Source: an uncultured Chloroflexia bacterium (GTDB taxonomy: Bacteria; Chloroflexota; Limnocylindria; QHBO01). Taken from it: DNA of 64,000 nt. The stretch lies in contig CAWANT010000007.1 in the NCBI GenBank assembly GCA_963783495.1, forward strand, positions 133,694-197,693. The letters run 5' to 3'. Positions 40,961 through 51,850 of the stretch are shown here, piece by piece. The translations under genes and the position numbers were made by a program. Position 1 is the stretch's first letter, and every line of letters starts with the position of its first letter. Below the pieces are notes generated by a model. The model was given only the letters and a program-made list of their open reading frames with translations, searched no databases and was not told the origin of the DNA.

Positions 40961-42295
40961 CTAGCGCCCGAGCATTCCACGCAGCCCGCCGATGTTCGGC
41001 AGGCGACCGTTGCCCAGCTGCTTCATCAGCTTCTGCATCTCGACGAACTGCTTCAACAGCCGGTTGACGTCGGCCGTGCTGGTGCCGCTGCCCAGGGCGA
41101 TCCGCCGTCGGCGGCTGGCCTTGATGAGCTCCGGCCGCCGACGCTCATCGGGAGTCATCGAGTCGATGATCGCCTCGATCCGCTTGAACTGGCCCTCGTC
41201 CACGGCCTGCTGAGCGGCGCCCGCCATCTGCCCCGCGCCCGGGATCATCTGCAGCACCTGGCCAATGGGGCCCATCTTCTTGACCTGGTTCAGCTGGCTG
41301 CGGAAGTCCTCCAGCGTGAAGCGCTGCTCGATCATGCGCTGGGCGACGCGCTCGGCCTCGTCCTGGTCGACCGTCTCCTGCACCCGCTCGACGAGCGACA
41401 GGATGTCGCCCATGCCCAGGATGCGCTGGGCCAGCCGATCGGGATGGAACGGCTCAAGGCCGTCGGTCCGCTCGCCGGTGCCGATGAAGCTGATCGGCAG
41501 GCCGGTCACGCTGCGAATGCTCAGCGCGGCGCCGCCACGGGCGTCCCCGTCCATCTTGGTCAGGACCAGGCCGGTGATCGGCAGGCGGTGGTGGAAGGCT
41601 TCGGCCACGGTGACCGCCTCCTGGCCGGTCATGGCGTCGACCACCAGCAGCGTCTCGGCGGGCGTCACCGTGCCGGTGACGCGCACCAGCTCGTCCATCA
41701 TCGGCTCGTCGACATGCAGGCGACCGGCGGTGTCGAGCAGGACCACGTCGTGCCCGCGCTGCCGGGCGGCCTCCAGGCCGGATCGCGCGACTTCGAGGGC
41801 GGGCGTGCCGACCGATCGGGTGTGGACCTCGATGCCGATGTGGTCGCCCAGCTGCACGAGCTGGTCGACGGCCGCGGGCCGGTACACATCGGCGGCGACC
41901 AGCAGCGGCCGATGGCCCTCCTTGCGCAGCCGGACCGCCAGCTTGGCGGCGGTGGTCGTCTTGCCCGAGCCCTGCAGCCCGACCAGCATCACGACGGCGG
42001 GCTTCGCGCCGAGCTTCAGCTGGTGGCGTTCGCCCCCCAGCACCTCGACCAGCTCGTCGTGGACGATCTTGACGATCTGCTGGCCGGGCTGGACTCCGTT
42101 GAGCACGTCGGCGCCGATGGCCTTCTCGCGCACGCCGGCCACGAACGTCTTGACGACCTTGTAGTTGACATCGGCTTCGAGCAGGGCAAGCCGGATCTCG
42201 CGCAGGGCAACCTCAAGGTCGGCCTCCGTGATCTTGGCCTTGCCACGCAGGCCGGTGGCAATGGCCTGCAGGCGCGCAGAAAGGGATTCGAACAT
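40961..42295 (-). CDS. ffh: signal recognition particle protein Ffh
   Basis: Intact 444-aa ORF: GLQGSGKTTTAAKLA, DTAGRL, TKMDGDARGGAALS, and the Met-rich M domain. Confidence 0.95.
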   Translation of the reverse strand: MFESLSARLQAIATGLRGKAKITEADLEVALREIRLALLEADVNYKVVKTFVAGVREKAIGADVLNGVQPGQQIVKIVHDELVEVLGGERHQLKLGAKPAVVMLVGLQGSGKTTTAAKLAVRLRKEGHRPLLVAADVYRPAAVDQLVQLGDHIGIEVHTRSVGTPALEVARSGLEAARQRGHDVVLLDTAGRLHVDEPMMDELVRVTGTVTPAETLLVVDAMTGQEAVTVAEAFHHRLPITGLVLTKMDGDARGGAALSIRSVTGLPISFIGTGERTDGLEPFHPDRLAQRILGMGDILSLVERVQETVDQDEAERVAQRMIEQRFTLEDFRSQLNQVKKMGPIGQVLQMIPGAGQMAGAAQQAVDEGQFKRIEAIIDSMTPDERRRPELIKASRRRRIALGSGTSTADVNRLLKQFVEMQKLMKQLGNGRLPNIGGLRGMLGR

Positions 42296-42366
42296 TCAGC
42301 GGTACGGTGCGGGGTGGGTTATCGGGGCGGCGCCCGGGAGACCATGCGGCCCCGAGGCGGCTGCCC

Positions 42367-42395
42367 ATTCTAGGCGTGAGGCTCCGGCCCAGCAA
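42367..42395 (-). promoter_or_regulatory. candidate promoter upstream of ffh: TTGCTG, 17-nt spacer, TAGAAT
   Basis: On the minus strand, TTGCTG is at 42395..42390 and TAGAAT at 42372..42367, in the ftsY-ffh intergenic region about 70 nt upstream of the ffh ATG. Confidence 0.4.
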
Positions 42396-42412
42396 CGACG
42401 GGGCACGAGCCG

Positions 42413-43318
42413 TCAGTCGCTGAGCAGCCAGTCCACGTAGGCGTCGGGATCGAACGGGGCCAGATGCTCCAGCTCCTCGCCGACGCCCACGAACTGGATC
42501 GGTACGCCCAGACGCTCCGCGGCGGTCACCGCCACGCCTCCCTTGGCGGTGCCGTCCAGCTTGGTCAGCACGATCCCGGTGACACCCACCTCGCGGCTGA
42601 ATGCCTCGGCCTGGAGGATGCCGTTCTGGCCGGTGCCCGCGTCGAGCACCAGCAGCACATGACGCGGCTGGTCCGGCAACCGCCGGGCGATGACGTTGCG
42701 GATCTTGCCCAGCTCGGCCATGAGCTGGACCTTGTTCTGCAGCCGGCCGGCGGTGTCCACGATCACCGCCTCCGTGCCGCGTGACTCGGCCGCGGCGACT
42801 GCATCGAAGGCCACGGCGCCAGGATCGGCGCCCGCTCGCTGCGCCACCACTGGCAGTCCCAGCTGGTCGCCCCACAGGCGCAGCTGCTCGATGGCCGCCG
42901 CGCGGAAGGTGTCGGCCGCGGCAAGGATCACGCTGTGGCCATCGCGCGCTAGGCGACGGGCGAGCTTGGCGATGGTGGTCGTCTTGCCGGTGCCGTTGAC
43001 GCCGACCACCAGGATCACCGACGGGGCGGGTCCGAGATCGAAGGGCCGGGCGGCTCGCTCAAGCCGCTCGCGAAGGACCGATGCCAGCGCGCCGCGCGGA
43101 TCGGCACCGCGGGCACCCGACCGCGCGCGAGCTTCGTCCACGAGGGCCAGCGCGGCTTCGGGACCGATGTCGGCGGCGATCAGCGCCTCCTCGACGTCAT
43201 CCCACGCCTCCGCGCTGGAGGCGCCACCGGCGAACAGCGAGCGCAGGCGCGCACCCAGGCCGCCCGACCGCGGGCGCAGGCCCATCCCGGTCGGCTCCCG
43301 CGCCGGACGGGGCATCAT
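42413..43318 (-). CDS. ftsY: SRP receptor FtsY (short N-terminus)
   Basis: Intact 301-aa ORF: VGVNGTGKTTTIAKLA, DTAGRLQNK, TKLDGTAKGG. Confidence 0.95.
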   Translation of the reverse strand: MMPRPAREPTGMGLRPRSGGLGARLRSLFAGGASSAEAWDDVEEALIAADIGPEAALALVDEARARSGARGADPRGALASVLRERLERAARPFDLGPAPSVILVVGVNGTGKTTTIAKLARRLARDGHSVILAAADTFRAAAIEQLRLWGDQLGLPVVAQRAGADPGAVAFDAVAAAESRGTEAVIVDTAGRLQNKVQLMAELGKIRNVIARRLPDQPRHVLLVLDAGTGQNGILQAEAFSREVGVTGIVLTKLDGTAKGGVAVTAAERLGVPIQFVGVGEELEHLAPFDPDAYVDWLLSD

Positions 43319-46300
43319 CCGATGGCGACCTCGGCGGGGATGTCGGCCAGGCGCAGGCTGACCAGGGCCGAAACCGCGGCATCGTCCATGGTGACGCCGT
43401 AGATCGTATCGGCCACCTCGATCGTGGCGCGGTTGTGGGTGATGACCACGAAGTCGATCTCCTCCGACAGCCGTCGCAGCGCGTCGGCGAACCGGCCGAT
43501 GTTCGCTTCGTCGAGGGCCGCGTCGACCTCATCCAGGATGCAGAACGGCACCGGGTTGACGCTCAGCATGGCGAACAGCAGCGCTACACCCGTGAGCGCC
43601 CGCTCGCCGCCCGACAGCATCGCCAGCCGCTGGAGCCGCTTACCGGGTGGCCGCACCACGATCTCGATGCCGCCGGGAGCCTCTCCATCCTCGCCGTCGC
43701 CGAGCTGCAGGGAGGCCGAGCCGCCGGCGAACAGGAGCCGGCAGAAGTCATTGAATCGCTCCCCGATGGCCGCGAAGGCGGCGTTGAAACGCGACGTGAT
43801 GTCCGTATCCAGCTGCGCGATCAGCTCCTCGGTGCCGCTGATGGCGCCGCTCAGGTCCGCGTCCTGGGTGGTGAGGTCCTGCAGCCGCGTCGACAGCTCG
43901 CGATGCTCTTCGACGGCGAACGGGTTCACCGAGCCGATCTGTGACAGCGTCCGTCGCACGCGCCGCAGCTCACCATCGAGCGTTGCGTCGTCGAGCGCGG
44001 CCAGCTCGGCGACCAGCTCCTCGCTGGGCGGAGTGGGTTCGCGGGGTGCTGGCGCATCCGTGAGTTCCTCGCCCTCGCCCTCCGCGGCCGGGCCGGGCTC
44101 CGGCAACGAGTCCAGGGCCAGCTCGCGCTCGCGCGCCAGCGCCGCCAGGGCCTCCTCGTGTCGTGACGCCTCGATGGCCGCAGCCTGCGCCTCGCGCTCC
44201 AGCTCTCCCAAGCCGGCCGGCGTCCCCCACCTCCCGCTCCAGGGCCACCAGGGCTGCCCGCACCCGGTCGCGTTCGGCGTCGGCCGCGCCACGCGCGCTC
44301 AGCGGCTGCCTGGTCCGCCTCGCGAGCCGCGTTGGCGGCGACGTCCAGCTCGGCTCGCTCCGACGTGAGTCGTTCGCGGGCCGCCCGCTGCGTGCTGACG
44401 GTCGCCTCCGCCTGCATGCGGCGCGCGGCCTCGACCGCGCGACTGCGCTCGCCGCCCAGCTGTCGATCCTCGATCTCGCGAGCGGCCGCCTGGGCGGCGG
44501 TCCAGGCCTCCCGAGCGAGGTCTCGCTCGTTGGTTGCGGCCATGCGCCGGTCGCGAAGGGCGGCCACCTCCCCTTCGAGGTTCGCCAGCGCAGCGTCCGA
44601 CGACACGTCCGCCTCCGCACTCGCCGGCCGGCTCCGCGGCATTGATGGCGCTCAGCTCCTCCACGATGCGCGCCTCGGCACTCCCGGCTCGCTCCGCCAC
44701 GAGCGCTGCTGCCTCCAGCTCGGCCGCCGCCGCGCGCTCGTCGCGCTCGCTCGCCTCGTGGCTCCGTCGCGCGTCTTCCAGCCTGCGGCCGGCCTCGGTC
44801 ACGGCGGCCATCGCGCGGGCAGCCTCGGACGCGGCGGCCGCCTGCTCCTGGTCTACCGCCTCCAGCGCCTGGGCCAGCTCGCGGCGTCGGCCGTGACGTT
44901 GCGCTGCGGCCGAACCGCTCGAGTCGGCCCGGCCGCGGAGCACCAGCAGGCCCCGCGAGTCGGCCATGTCACCAGCGGGCGTGACCGCCAGCCAGCCGGC
45001 CGGCAGCCGGCGCCAGGCGCCAAGCAGCTGCTCGACGTCGGGCAGCAGGGCGGTCCAGCGGAACAGGACGGGCACTCGGTCTCCGCCGATCCATTCGGCC
45101 AGTGTCCGCGTTGCGCCGATGGCCGCCAGCGCATCCGCGCGCGCGGCGTCGGATGGTCCCGCGGCGCCGGGACTGCCGTCGGCCAGCAGCCGTGCCGATC
45201 CGCGCGCGTCGAGCAGCCGCCCGGCCAGCTCGTCGTCCTGCCATAGCAGCGCCTGTTCCAGCTCCCCGCCGACGATGGCCTCGACCGCCGGCCATGCCTC
45301 GTCCGGGGCATCGATCCCGTCCAGCAGCGTCGCGCCAGCCGGCTGCCGTCAGGATGGAGCCCAGCCGTCCGCGCCCCTCCGCGCGCTCCTGGAGGGCGTC
45401 GAGCTCACCGCGCATGGCGCCCGCCTTCTCGGCCAGCTCCGACGCGCGGCGGCGCGCCGCATCGGCCGTCGGCTGGGCCTCGACGATCGCGGCCAGGGCG
45501 GCCTCGTGGGCAGCGCGCCCGGCTGCCGCCGCCTCAGCGGTGGTGGAGGCCGCCGCGCGCAGCGACGGCAATGACTGCTCTGGCCGCTGCCGCCTCGCCG
45601 CCGCAGCTCCTCCAGCTCCTGCGCGAGCTGCTCTCGGCGGGCGAGCGTCCGCGCCGAAAGCTCCTCGCGGCGCGCGGCATCGGCGATGCGCAGGCCGGCC
45701 CGGTGGCGCTCCTCGGCCAGTCGCTCCTCGGCGGCCAGCAGGGCAAGGTCCAGCTCGGCCAGCGCCCCGGATGCGGCCTGCCATGCGGCTTCGGCTGCAG
45801 CTGCAGCGGTCACCGCACTCGTCAGGGCGTCTTCCGCAGCCGGCGTGGGTTCCCCCGACGAGCCGCCGTGATGGTCGGTGAGCTCCGCTTCTGCGGCTCG
45901 AATCGCCGCCGCCGCCTCGTCGAGGCGTCTGGCGACGCCATCGACGGCCGACTTCGGCCCGTCACCAGCGCCTCGCGCGTTGCGCCGTGGCGCTGCGCCG
46001 CCTCGCGTGCCGCTGCATCGGCCCGCCAGTAGGCCTCTTCCGCCTCGCTGATCGCGCGGCGGTTGGCTTCGGCCGCCGAGCGCTGTCCCTCGAGCGCCGC
46101 CTCGGCGGCGGCCGCGCGGCGCCGAGCGTCGCCCAGGGCCTGGCGCTCCGAGGACTCCCGTCGGCGGTGCGCCTCCAGCACCAGCGCCCGCGCCCGAGTG
46201 ACGAGCGTGTCGTGCTCCTGGGCATGCTGCGCCTGCAGTCCCAGCCGGCGGACCTGCGGCTTCAGCTCGGCGATCAGGTCGGTGACGCGGGTCAGGTTGT

Positions 46301-46859
46301 CGCGCGCCCGGGCCAGCCGGGCCAGCGCCTCGTTCTTGCGCACCTGCAGGTTCTTGACGCCGGCCGCCTCCTCGAAGAGCTGCCGTCGCTCCTCCGGGCG
46401 CAGCGACAGCGCCGAGTCGACCGTCCCCTGCCCCACCACCACCAGCTCATTGGCGCCCAGCCGCCCCTCGCCCAGCAGCTCCACCACGTCGCGCAGCCGC
46501 GCCCGCGCCCCGTTGATCAGGTACTCGCTCTCGCCGGAGCGATAGGCGCGTCGCCCGATCGAGACCTCGTTGAACTCGATCGGCAGCCAGCCATCGGCGT
46601 TGTCGAGGGTCAGGATCGCCTCGGCCATGCCCTGCGGCTTGCGCTGCTGCGAGCCGGCGAAGATCACGTCGTCGGCGCGCCGCGTGCGCAGCGAGCGGTT
46701 CGATTGCTCGCCCAGCACCCAGCGGACGGCATCGGCCATGTTGCTCTTGCCCGAGCCGTTGGGGCCGATGACGGCGTTGACGCCCGGCTCGAAGACGAAG
46801 CGGGTGGGATCGGCGAAGGTCTTGAATCCGTGCAGCCGCAACTCGCGGAGCCGGCTCAC
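43315..46859 (-). CDS. smc: chromosome segregation protein SMC, many frameshifts in the coiled coil
   Basis: N-terminal head in ORF 45822..46859 (GPNGSGKSNMADAVRWVLGEQS). Hinge pieces in ORFs 44969..45784 and 44299..45075. C-terminal head in ORF 43315..44292 (LSGGERALTGVALLFA, ILDEVDAALD). Confidence 0.9.
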
Positions 46860-47569
46860 ACCCCCAACCCCGAGGCGCCCAGGCTGTCCAGCGCCGCGCT
46901 GGCCGCCTGCTCCTCCGCGCGCTGACGGCTGGAGCCGTGGCCGATGGCGATCCGCTCGCCGCGCAGCACTGCGGCGACGGTGAAGGTCTGGTCGTGGTCC
47001 GGGCCGGTCGTGCTCACCAGCTCATAGTGTGGCTTGATTCGATGCTCCCGCTGCGACCATTCCTGCAACCGGCTCTTGGCCGACTTCGGCGGCTCGGGCT
47101 CACCGGCGCCCGGCAAGGGGCTGTCGAACAGGCGCGTCAGCCACTCACGGCTGACATCGGTCCCTTCCGACAGGAAGATCGCGCCGGCCAGGGCCTCGAA
47201 GGCGCCGGCCAGGACCGATGGCCGGGTGGCGCCCCCGGCCTCCGATTCTCCCCGGCCAAGCAGGAGATATCGGTCAAGCCCGATCGGAAGGCCCAAGCGA
47301 GGCAAGGGCATCGCGGTTGACGAGCGCAGCGCGGCGGGCGGTGAGGAGGCCCTCGTCCTCATCGGGGAAGCGCTCGTAGAGCAGCCGGCTGACGACCAGG
47401 CCGATGACGGCATCGCCAAGGAACTCGAGGCGCTCGTTGTGCCCCGCAGACGGCCTTGGGATTCTCGTTGAAGTAGGAGCTGTGGACGAAGGCCTGGTGG
47501 ATGGCCTCCGGGTCTTTCAGGACGATGCCGAGGCGCTCAGCCAGTTCGTCCAGACGCGGAGACGGCCAT
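46856..47569 (-). CDS. rnc: ribonuclease III, about 3 frameshifts
   Basis: Hand-joined: [50 protein letters not shown], then ORF 46856..47419 ([11 protein letters not shown], ds[12 protein letters not shown]...[12 protein letters not shown]). Confidence 0.85.
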
Positions 47570-47578
47570 GGGCGATCG

Positions 47579-47821
47579 CTACTGCTGGTGCTCCTCGATG
47601 AATTCGACGGCGTCGGAGACCTTCTGGATCTTCTCGGCATCCTCGTCCGAGATCTCCATGCCGAACTCCTCCTCGAGGCTCATGATGAGCTCGACCAGGT
47701 CCAGCGAGTCGGCGTTGAGGTCTTCGACGAACGACGCCTGCGGCGTGACCTCCTCCTCGTCAACGCCGAGCTGCTCGACGATGATCTTCTTGAGTCGTTC
47801 GAAGGTGGTTCCGTCGGTCAC
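47579..47821 (-). CDS. acpP: acyl carrier protein
   Basis: Intact 80-aa ORF with the phosphopantetheine site [20 protein letters not shown]. Confidence 0.95.
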   Translation of the reverse strand: MTDGTTFERLKKIIVEQLGVDEEEVTPQASFVEDLNADSLDLVELIMSLEEEFGMEISDEDAEKIQKVSDAVEFIEEHQQ

Positions 47822-48277
47822 CCGTCTCTGGCTCCTCTTGCGCTCCCCGATGGCCGTGACACGCTCCCGAGAACGCCGTTCACGAGGCGGCGGGCTGCGT
47901 CTCCGGCGTATGTCCGGGCGAGAGAAACCGCATCGTGGATCGTCTCCCCGCTCGGAGTCGCGGCGGAGTATAGCACCTCATAGATCGCGCTCCGGAGGAT
48001 CGTCCGCTCCACGATTCCGAGCTCGCTGACGGGGATGGCCGGTGCATGGTCGGGCGATTTCGGCGTCCAGCTCGGCCCGATGTTCGAGCACGCCTTCCAC
48101 GATCCGCCGCGCATGCTCCCTGACCGCTGTCGACGCGTTCTTCTCGGCCGCCAGCCGTTCGAGCGCCGCGAGCGCCTGGTCGGGCCGGAACTCCTCCTCG
48201 AACAGGACGAGCATCGCCAGCCGCCGCGCCTGGAAGCCGGCCCCGGTTCGGGAGCGGCGGCGCGGGGCGGCGGCCAC
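47818..48277 (-). CDS. nusB: transcription antitermination factor NusB, one frameshift
   Basis: The tail of ORF 47978..49378 ([25 protein letters not shown]...[18 protein letters not shown]) joins ORF 47818..48114 ([39 protein letters not shown]). The frame switches around 48045. Confidence 0.75.
47967..47975 (-). promoter_or_regulatory. TGCTATACT box inside nusB, about 150 nt upstream of acpP (possible internal promoter)
   Basis: Fourth exact copy of the 9-mer on the sense strand. Here it overlaps codons EVLYS of nusB, so coincidence cannot be excluded. Confidence 0.3.
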
Positions 48278-48282
48278 CTGGC

Positions 48283-49378
48283 TCAGGCCTCGGCCCCCGG
48301 TCCGGTGGCGATCGACCGCGTGTCCGGCGCAATCGAGTCCGATGCCTCCTCGACGGTCGGAGCCGCCATCGGTGCGCGTCAGGGCCGGGTGCCGGCGGCT
48401 CCAGTCCGCGATCAGGCCGGGGATCCCGGCCTCGGCCGCCTCGGAGGCGACCCGCATGGCGTGCTCCACCATCCTCGCCTTCGCCCGGCCGTGGGTGACG
48501 ATGCTGACGCCGCGCACGCCCAGCAGCGGCGCCCCGCCGTATCGCTCGTAGTCGAAGCGGTGCTTCAGGCGGTCGAAGCCCGGCTTGAGCGCCAGCAGCG
48601 CCAGCGGCGCGACCGGTCCCTCCTGCAGGTCCGTCCGCAGCGAGCGGAAGATGTAGCTGGTCAGCCCCTCGAAGAACTTGATGACCACGTTGCCCACGAA
48701 GCCGTCGCAGATCACCACGTCGGCCACGTGGGAGACCATGTCGTTGCCCTCCACGTTGCCCACGAAGTTGAGGTCCGCGCCGCGCATCAGCGCGTACGTC
48801 TCGCGCGCCAGGGCGTTGCCCTTCTCGACCTCCTCGCCGATGTTGAGGAGGCCGATGCGGGGGCGCGGCACCTTCAGCACGTGCTCCGCGTAGATGGAGC
48901 CCATCACCGCGAAGTGCACCAGGTTGGTGGCGTCCGAGTCGACGTTGGCGCCGACGTCCAGGATCATGATCGGCCCGGTGGCGGTGACCAGGTGGGCGCC
49001 CAGCGCCGGTCGGTCGATGCCCTCGATGCGGCCCAGCCGGAAGACGGCAGCGGCCATGGTGGCGCCGGTCGAGCCGGCGGAGACGACCGCATCGGCCAGG
49101 CCGTCGCGCACCAGGTCGGTGGCCACCCGGATGGAGGCTCGCCGCTTGGAGCGCAGGGCCGTGGCCGGCGACTCGCCCATGCCGATCACCTCCGGCGCAT
49201 CGGCGAAGCCGACGCTGGCGGGACGGCCGCGGCCGTAGGCGGCGATCTCGGTTTCGAGGCGGGGAACGTCGCCGACCAGGATCACCTCGTCGGCGTTGGC
49301 GGCCGCGTAGTTGATGGCGCCGCGGACGATCTCGCGCGGAGCGAAATCACCGCCCATCGCGTCGACCGCGATGCGCAT
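48283..49378 (-). CDS. plsX: phosphate acyltransferase PlsX (3' end affected by indel)
   Basis: ORF 47978..49378: MRIAVDAMGGDFAP, SAGSTGA, GLLNIGEE, GNVEGND, DGFVGNV, PLLGVRG. There is no in-frame stop before nusB. An out-of-frame TGA at 48283..48285 is the likely end. Confidence 0.9.
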
Positions 49379-49391
49379 CAGCGGATGCGCG

Positions 49392-49598
49392 TCAGCGCGG
49401 TCCGCCCTCGGCCGGGGCGTTCGCCTCCACCGGCACCACCTCGCGGCCGTCGTAGTAGCCGCAGGTCGGGCAGACGTGGTGGGCGCGCTTCAGCTCATGG
49501 CAATGGCTGCATTCGACGAGGGGCGGCGCGCTGATCGCCAGGTGCGCGCGCCGCTCACCCTGGCGCGCCTTCGATACTTTTCGCTTGGGGACGCCCAC
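49392..49598 (-). CDS. rpmF: 50S ribosomal protein L32
   Basis: Tail of ORF 49392..50216: (V)[19 protein letters not shown]...[20 protein letters not shown]. The GTG at 49598 lies 6 nt after GGAG. Confidence 0.9.
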   Translation of the reverse strand: MGVPKRKVSKARQGERRAHLAISAPPLVECSHCHELKRAHHVCPTCGYYDGREVVPVEANAPAEGGPR

Positions 49599-49633
49599 GC
49601 GTGACTCCTGGTGCTTCTCAGTGGGGACGCCGC

Positions 49634-49639
49634 AGTATA
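49634..49639 (-). promoter_or_regulatory. TATACT -10-like box upstream of rpmF
   Basis: Lies in the 79-nt yceD-rpmF spacer, about 36 nt upstream of the rpmF GTG. It has no TG extension. Confidence 0.3.
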
Positions 49640-49677
49640 CCGCGCGCCCTGGGGAAGGCGATGGCCGCGGATTGAGC

Positions 49678-50216
49678 TCAGTTGTCCCGCTCCAGAAAGC
49701 GCGCCAGCCCGGCCAGCCGTGGGTCGATCTCCTCGGTGGCGTGCGGCGACGTGGTCGCCGTCCAGCCGCGCGCCGCATTCGGCGCAGAGGCCGGGGCAAT
49801 CGGGCCGGCAGAGCGGGTGCATCGGCTCGGTCAGCGCGAACTCCTCGCGCATGACCGACGTCAGGTCGATCTCGTGGTGGTCGTCGATGAGCTGCGCCGA
49901 CGGCGTCATCGGCGATCGTGCTCCACGGCCGCGCCGGTCTCCGGATCGATGCTCGGCAGGAACTCCTCGGAGATGCGGATGCTGGCCGGCTCGACGAATG
50001 CCTCCAGGCACCGCGCGCAGGTACGCCGCACCGCGGCGCTCGATCTCGCCCCGCACCAGGATGCCCCGGTTGGTGCGCTGGAAGCGGAGCGTGCCGTTGA
50101 GCGGCCCGGCCAGCTCGACATCGGGGCCCAGCGAGAGGTAGCGATCGCGCAGGCGTGACCTCGCGAACCGCTCCGGGCGCCTCCCGGAGCAGGCCCGCGA
50201 CGTTGAGGGCGGTCAT
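49678..50216 (-). CDS. yceD: YceD/DUF177 family protein, about 3 frameshifts
   Basis: Starts [20 protein letters not shown] (ORF 49392..50216). Pieces follow in ORFs 49906..50700 ([26 protein letters not shown]) and 49490..50056 ([17 protein letters not shown]). The hand-translated end is [18 protein letters not shown]. Confidence 0.75.
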
Positions 50217-50700
50217 GGCGTGGACGCGGCTTCGGTCGCCTCCGACTCCACGCTGAGCGGTGCCTGTCGCCGTCCGTCGGCGGACGCGGGACCTGGTGCC
50301 GCTCGTCGAGCATGTCGATCCCGCGCTTGATGCTGGTCAGCGCCTTGATGCACTCGCCCTCGAGCCGGATCAGCACGCCGGCGGCGTACTCATCGGCGCC
50401 GCGCCGCACCTCGGCGGCCTCCTGGTTGGCGGTGTCCAGGATCTCGCCCGCCCGCTGCTGGGCCATCCGCACCAGCTCGCGCTCCTCGAGCATCTGGGCC
50501 GCCTGCTCCTGGGCGCGGGCGATGACCGCGTCGCCCTCTTCGCGGGCGCGATCGGTGATGCGGCCGGCCTCCTCGGTGATGCGCTTGGCCTGGCGCACCT
50601 CGTCGGGCACCGCGGCGCGCAGCTGGTCGATCAGCTCCAGCACCGCGGCCTGGTCGAGCACGACGTTGTTCGTGAGCGGCAGCTTCTTGCCTGCCGCCAC
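50213..50700 (-). CDS. DivIVA/SepIVA-like coiled-coil protein, N-terminus probably longer, one frameshift near the 3' end
   Basis: ORF 49906..50700: [31 protein letters not shown] plus a long coiled coil. It resembles the mycobacterial Rv2927c-type protein next to yceD. An alternative frame ends in a TGA overlapping the yceD ATG. The reading frame stays open upstream (TDIIFLVERLESL) without a start codon. Confidence 0.6.
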
Positions 50701-50803
50701 GAGGCTCTCGAGCCGCTCGACGAGAAAGATGATGTCCGTGGCACGGCCCTCCTGATCGGCGCGATTATAGTCCCGCCCATGCCGCGCTCCTGTCGTGCAC
50801 GAG

Positions 50804-51310
50804 TCACGCCGCGGCTGCGGGCCGGCGTCGCGCGAAGCGAGCCTCCAGCGCGCTCCGCACCGGCGCCGGCACCATCTCGCCCACGTCGCCGCCGAACTGC
50901 GCCACCTCCTTGGCCAGCGTGCTCGACAGGTAGCCGAACTCCAGGGCCGACATCAGGAAGACGGTGTCCACGCCGCGCTGCAGGCGACGGTTGGTGTGCG
51001 CCATCTGCAGCTCGGCCTCGAAGTCGCTCACCGCCCGCAGGCCGCGCACGATGAATCCGGCCTCCTGGCGCTCGGCGAACTCGACGGTCAGGCCGTCGAA
51101 CGCCTCCACCGCCACGTTGTCGCCGAAGTCGGCCACCGACTCCCGGATCATGGCCACCCGCTCCTCGACGCTGAAGAGCGGCGCCTTCTTCGGGTTGTGC
51201 AGCACGCCGATCACCAGCCGATCGAACAGCGCGGCCGCGCGGCGCGCCACGTCCAGGTGCGCCATGGTCATCGGGTCGAACGAACCGGGAAAGACCGCCA
51301 CGCGGCTCAT
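50804..51310 (-). CDS. coaD: phosphopantetheine adenylyltransferase
   Basis: Tail of ORF 50804..52339 from [21 protein letters not shown]. Contains [21 protein letters not shown]. Confidence 0.95.
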   Translation of the reverse strand: MSRVAVFPGSFDPMTMAHLDVARRAAALFDRLVIGVLHNPKKAPLFSVEERVAMIRESVADFGDNVAVEAFDGLTVEFAERQEAGFIVRGLRAVSDFEAELQMAHTNRRLQRGVDTVFLMSALEFGYLSSTLAKEVAQFGGDVGEMVPAPVRSALEARFARRRPAAAA

Positions 51311-51850
51311 GGCACCTCCAGGAAGGTGAGCGTGGTCTCGCCGAAGCGCCGGTCGCGCCACATGCGCAGTCCGTCCGGCACCGGCACCGAGGTCCGCCAG
51401 AAGTGCTTGACCACCACCGTCGCCGACGGGGCGAGCAGGGCGACCACGCCTTCGAGCGGCGGGAGGATAGCACGCTCCTCGTACGGCGGATCGAGCACGA
51501 CCAGGTCGAACCGATCGTCGCCGGCTGCGGCCGAGGCCAGGTAGCGGCCGACGTCCTGGCCCGCACCTCCGCCGCGCTCGGCCAGGCCGGCGCGTCGCAG
51601 GTTGTCGGCGATGGTCGTCAGCGCCGCCCGGCGCTTCTCCACGAAGGTCGCCGTGCGCCGCTCCCCGTGACAGGGCCTCGATCCCCACCGCCCCGCTGCC
51701 GGCGTACAGGTCCAGCACCCGCGCGTCGAGCACGCGCTCGCCCAGGATCCCGAACAGCGTCTCCTTGACGCGGTCGGTGATCGGCCGCGTGGCGCGGTCA
51801 CGCGGCGCGTCGAGCCGGATGCCGCGCGCCGTGCCGGCGATCACCCGCAT
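51307..51850 (-). CDS. rsmD: 16S rRNA (guanine966-N2)-methyltransferase RsmD, one frameshift
   Basis: [53 protein letters not shown] (in ORF 50804..52339), then ORF 51307..51801 (DLVVLDPPY). The frame switches around 51660. Confidence 0.85.

Noticed and set aside
42275-42295. A GGATTCGAAC / GTTCGAATCC string resembling a tRNA T-arm.
   Set aside because: It is the first codons of ffh (ATG TTC GAA TCC = MFES). No acceptor, D-arm or anticodon-arm context surrounds it. I saw no tRNA-like sequence elsewhere in the window.
50764-50769. A perfect TATAAT on the minus strand upstream of the DivIVA-like gene, as its promoter.
   Set aside because: The gene's reading frame stays open and protein-like (TDIIFLVERLESL) upstream of the annotated GTG, and an ATG lies at about 50780. 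The box may therefore be inside the true coding region once indels are fixed. I left it unannotated.
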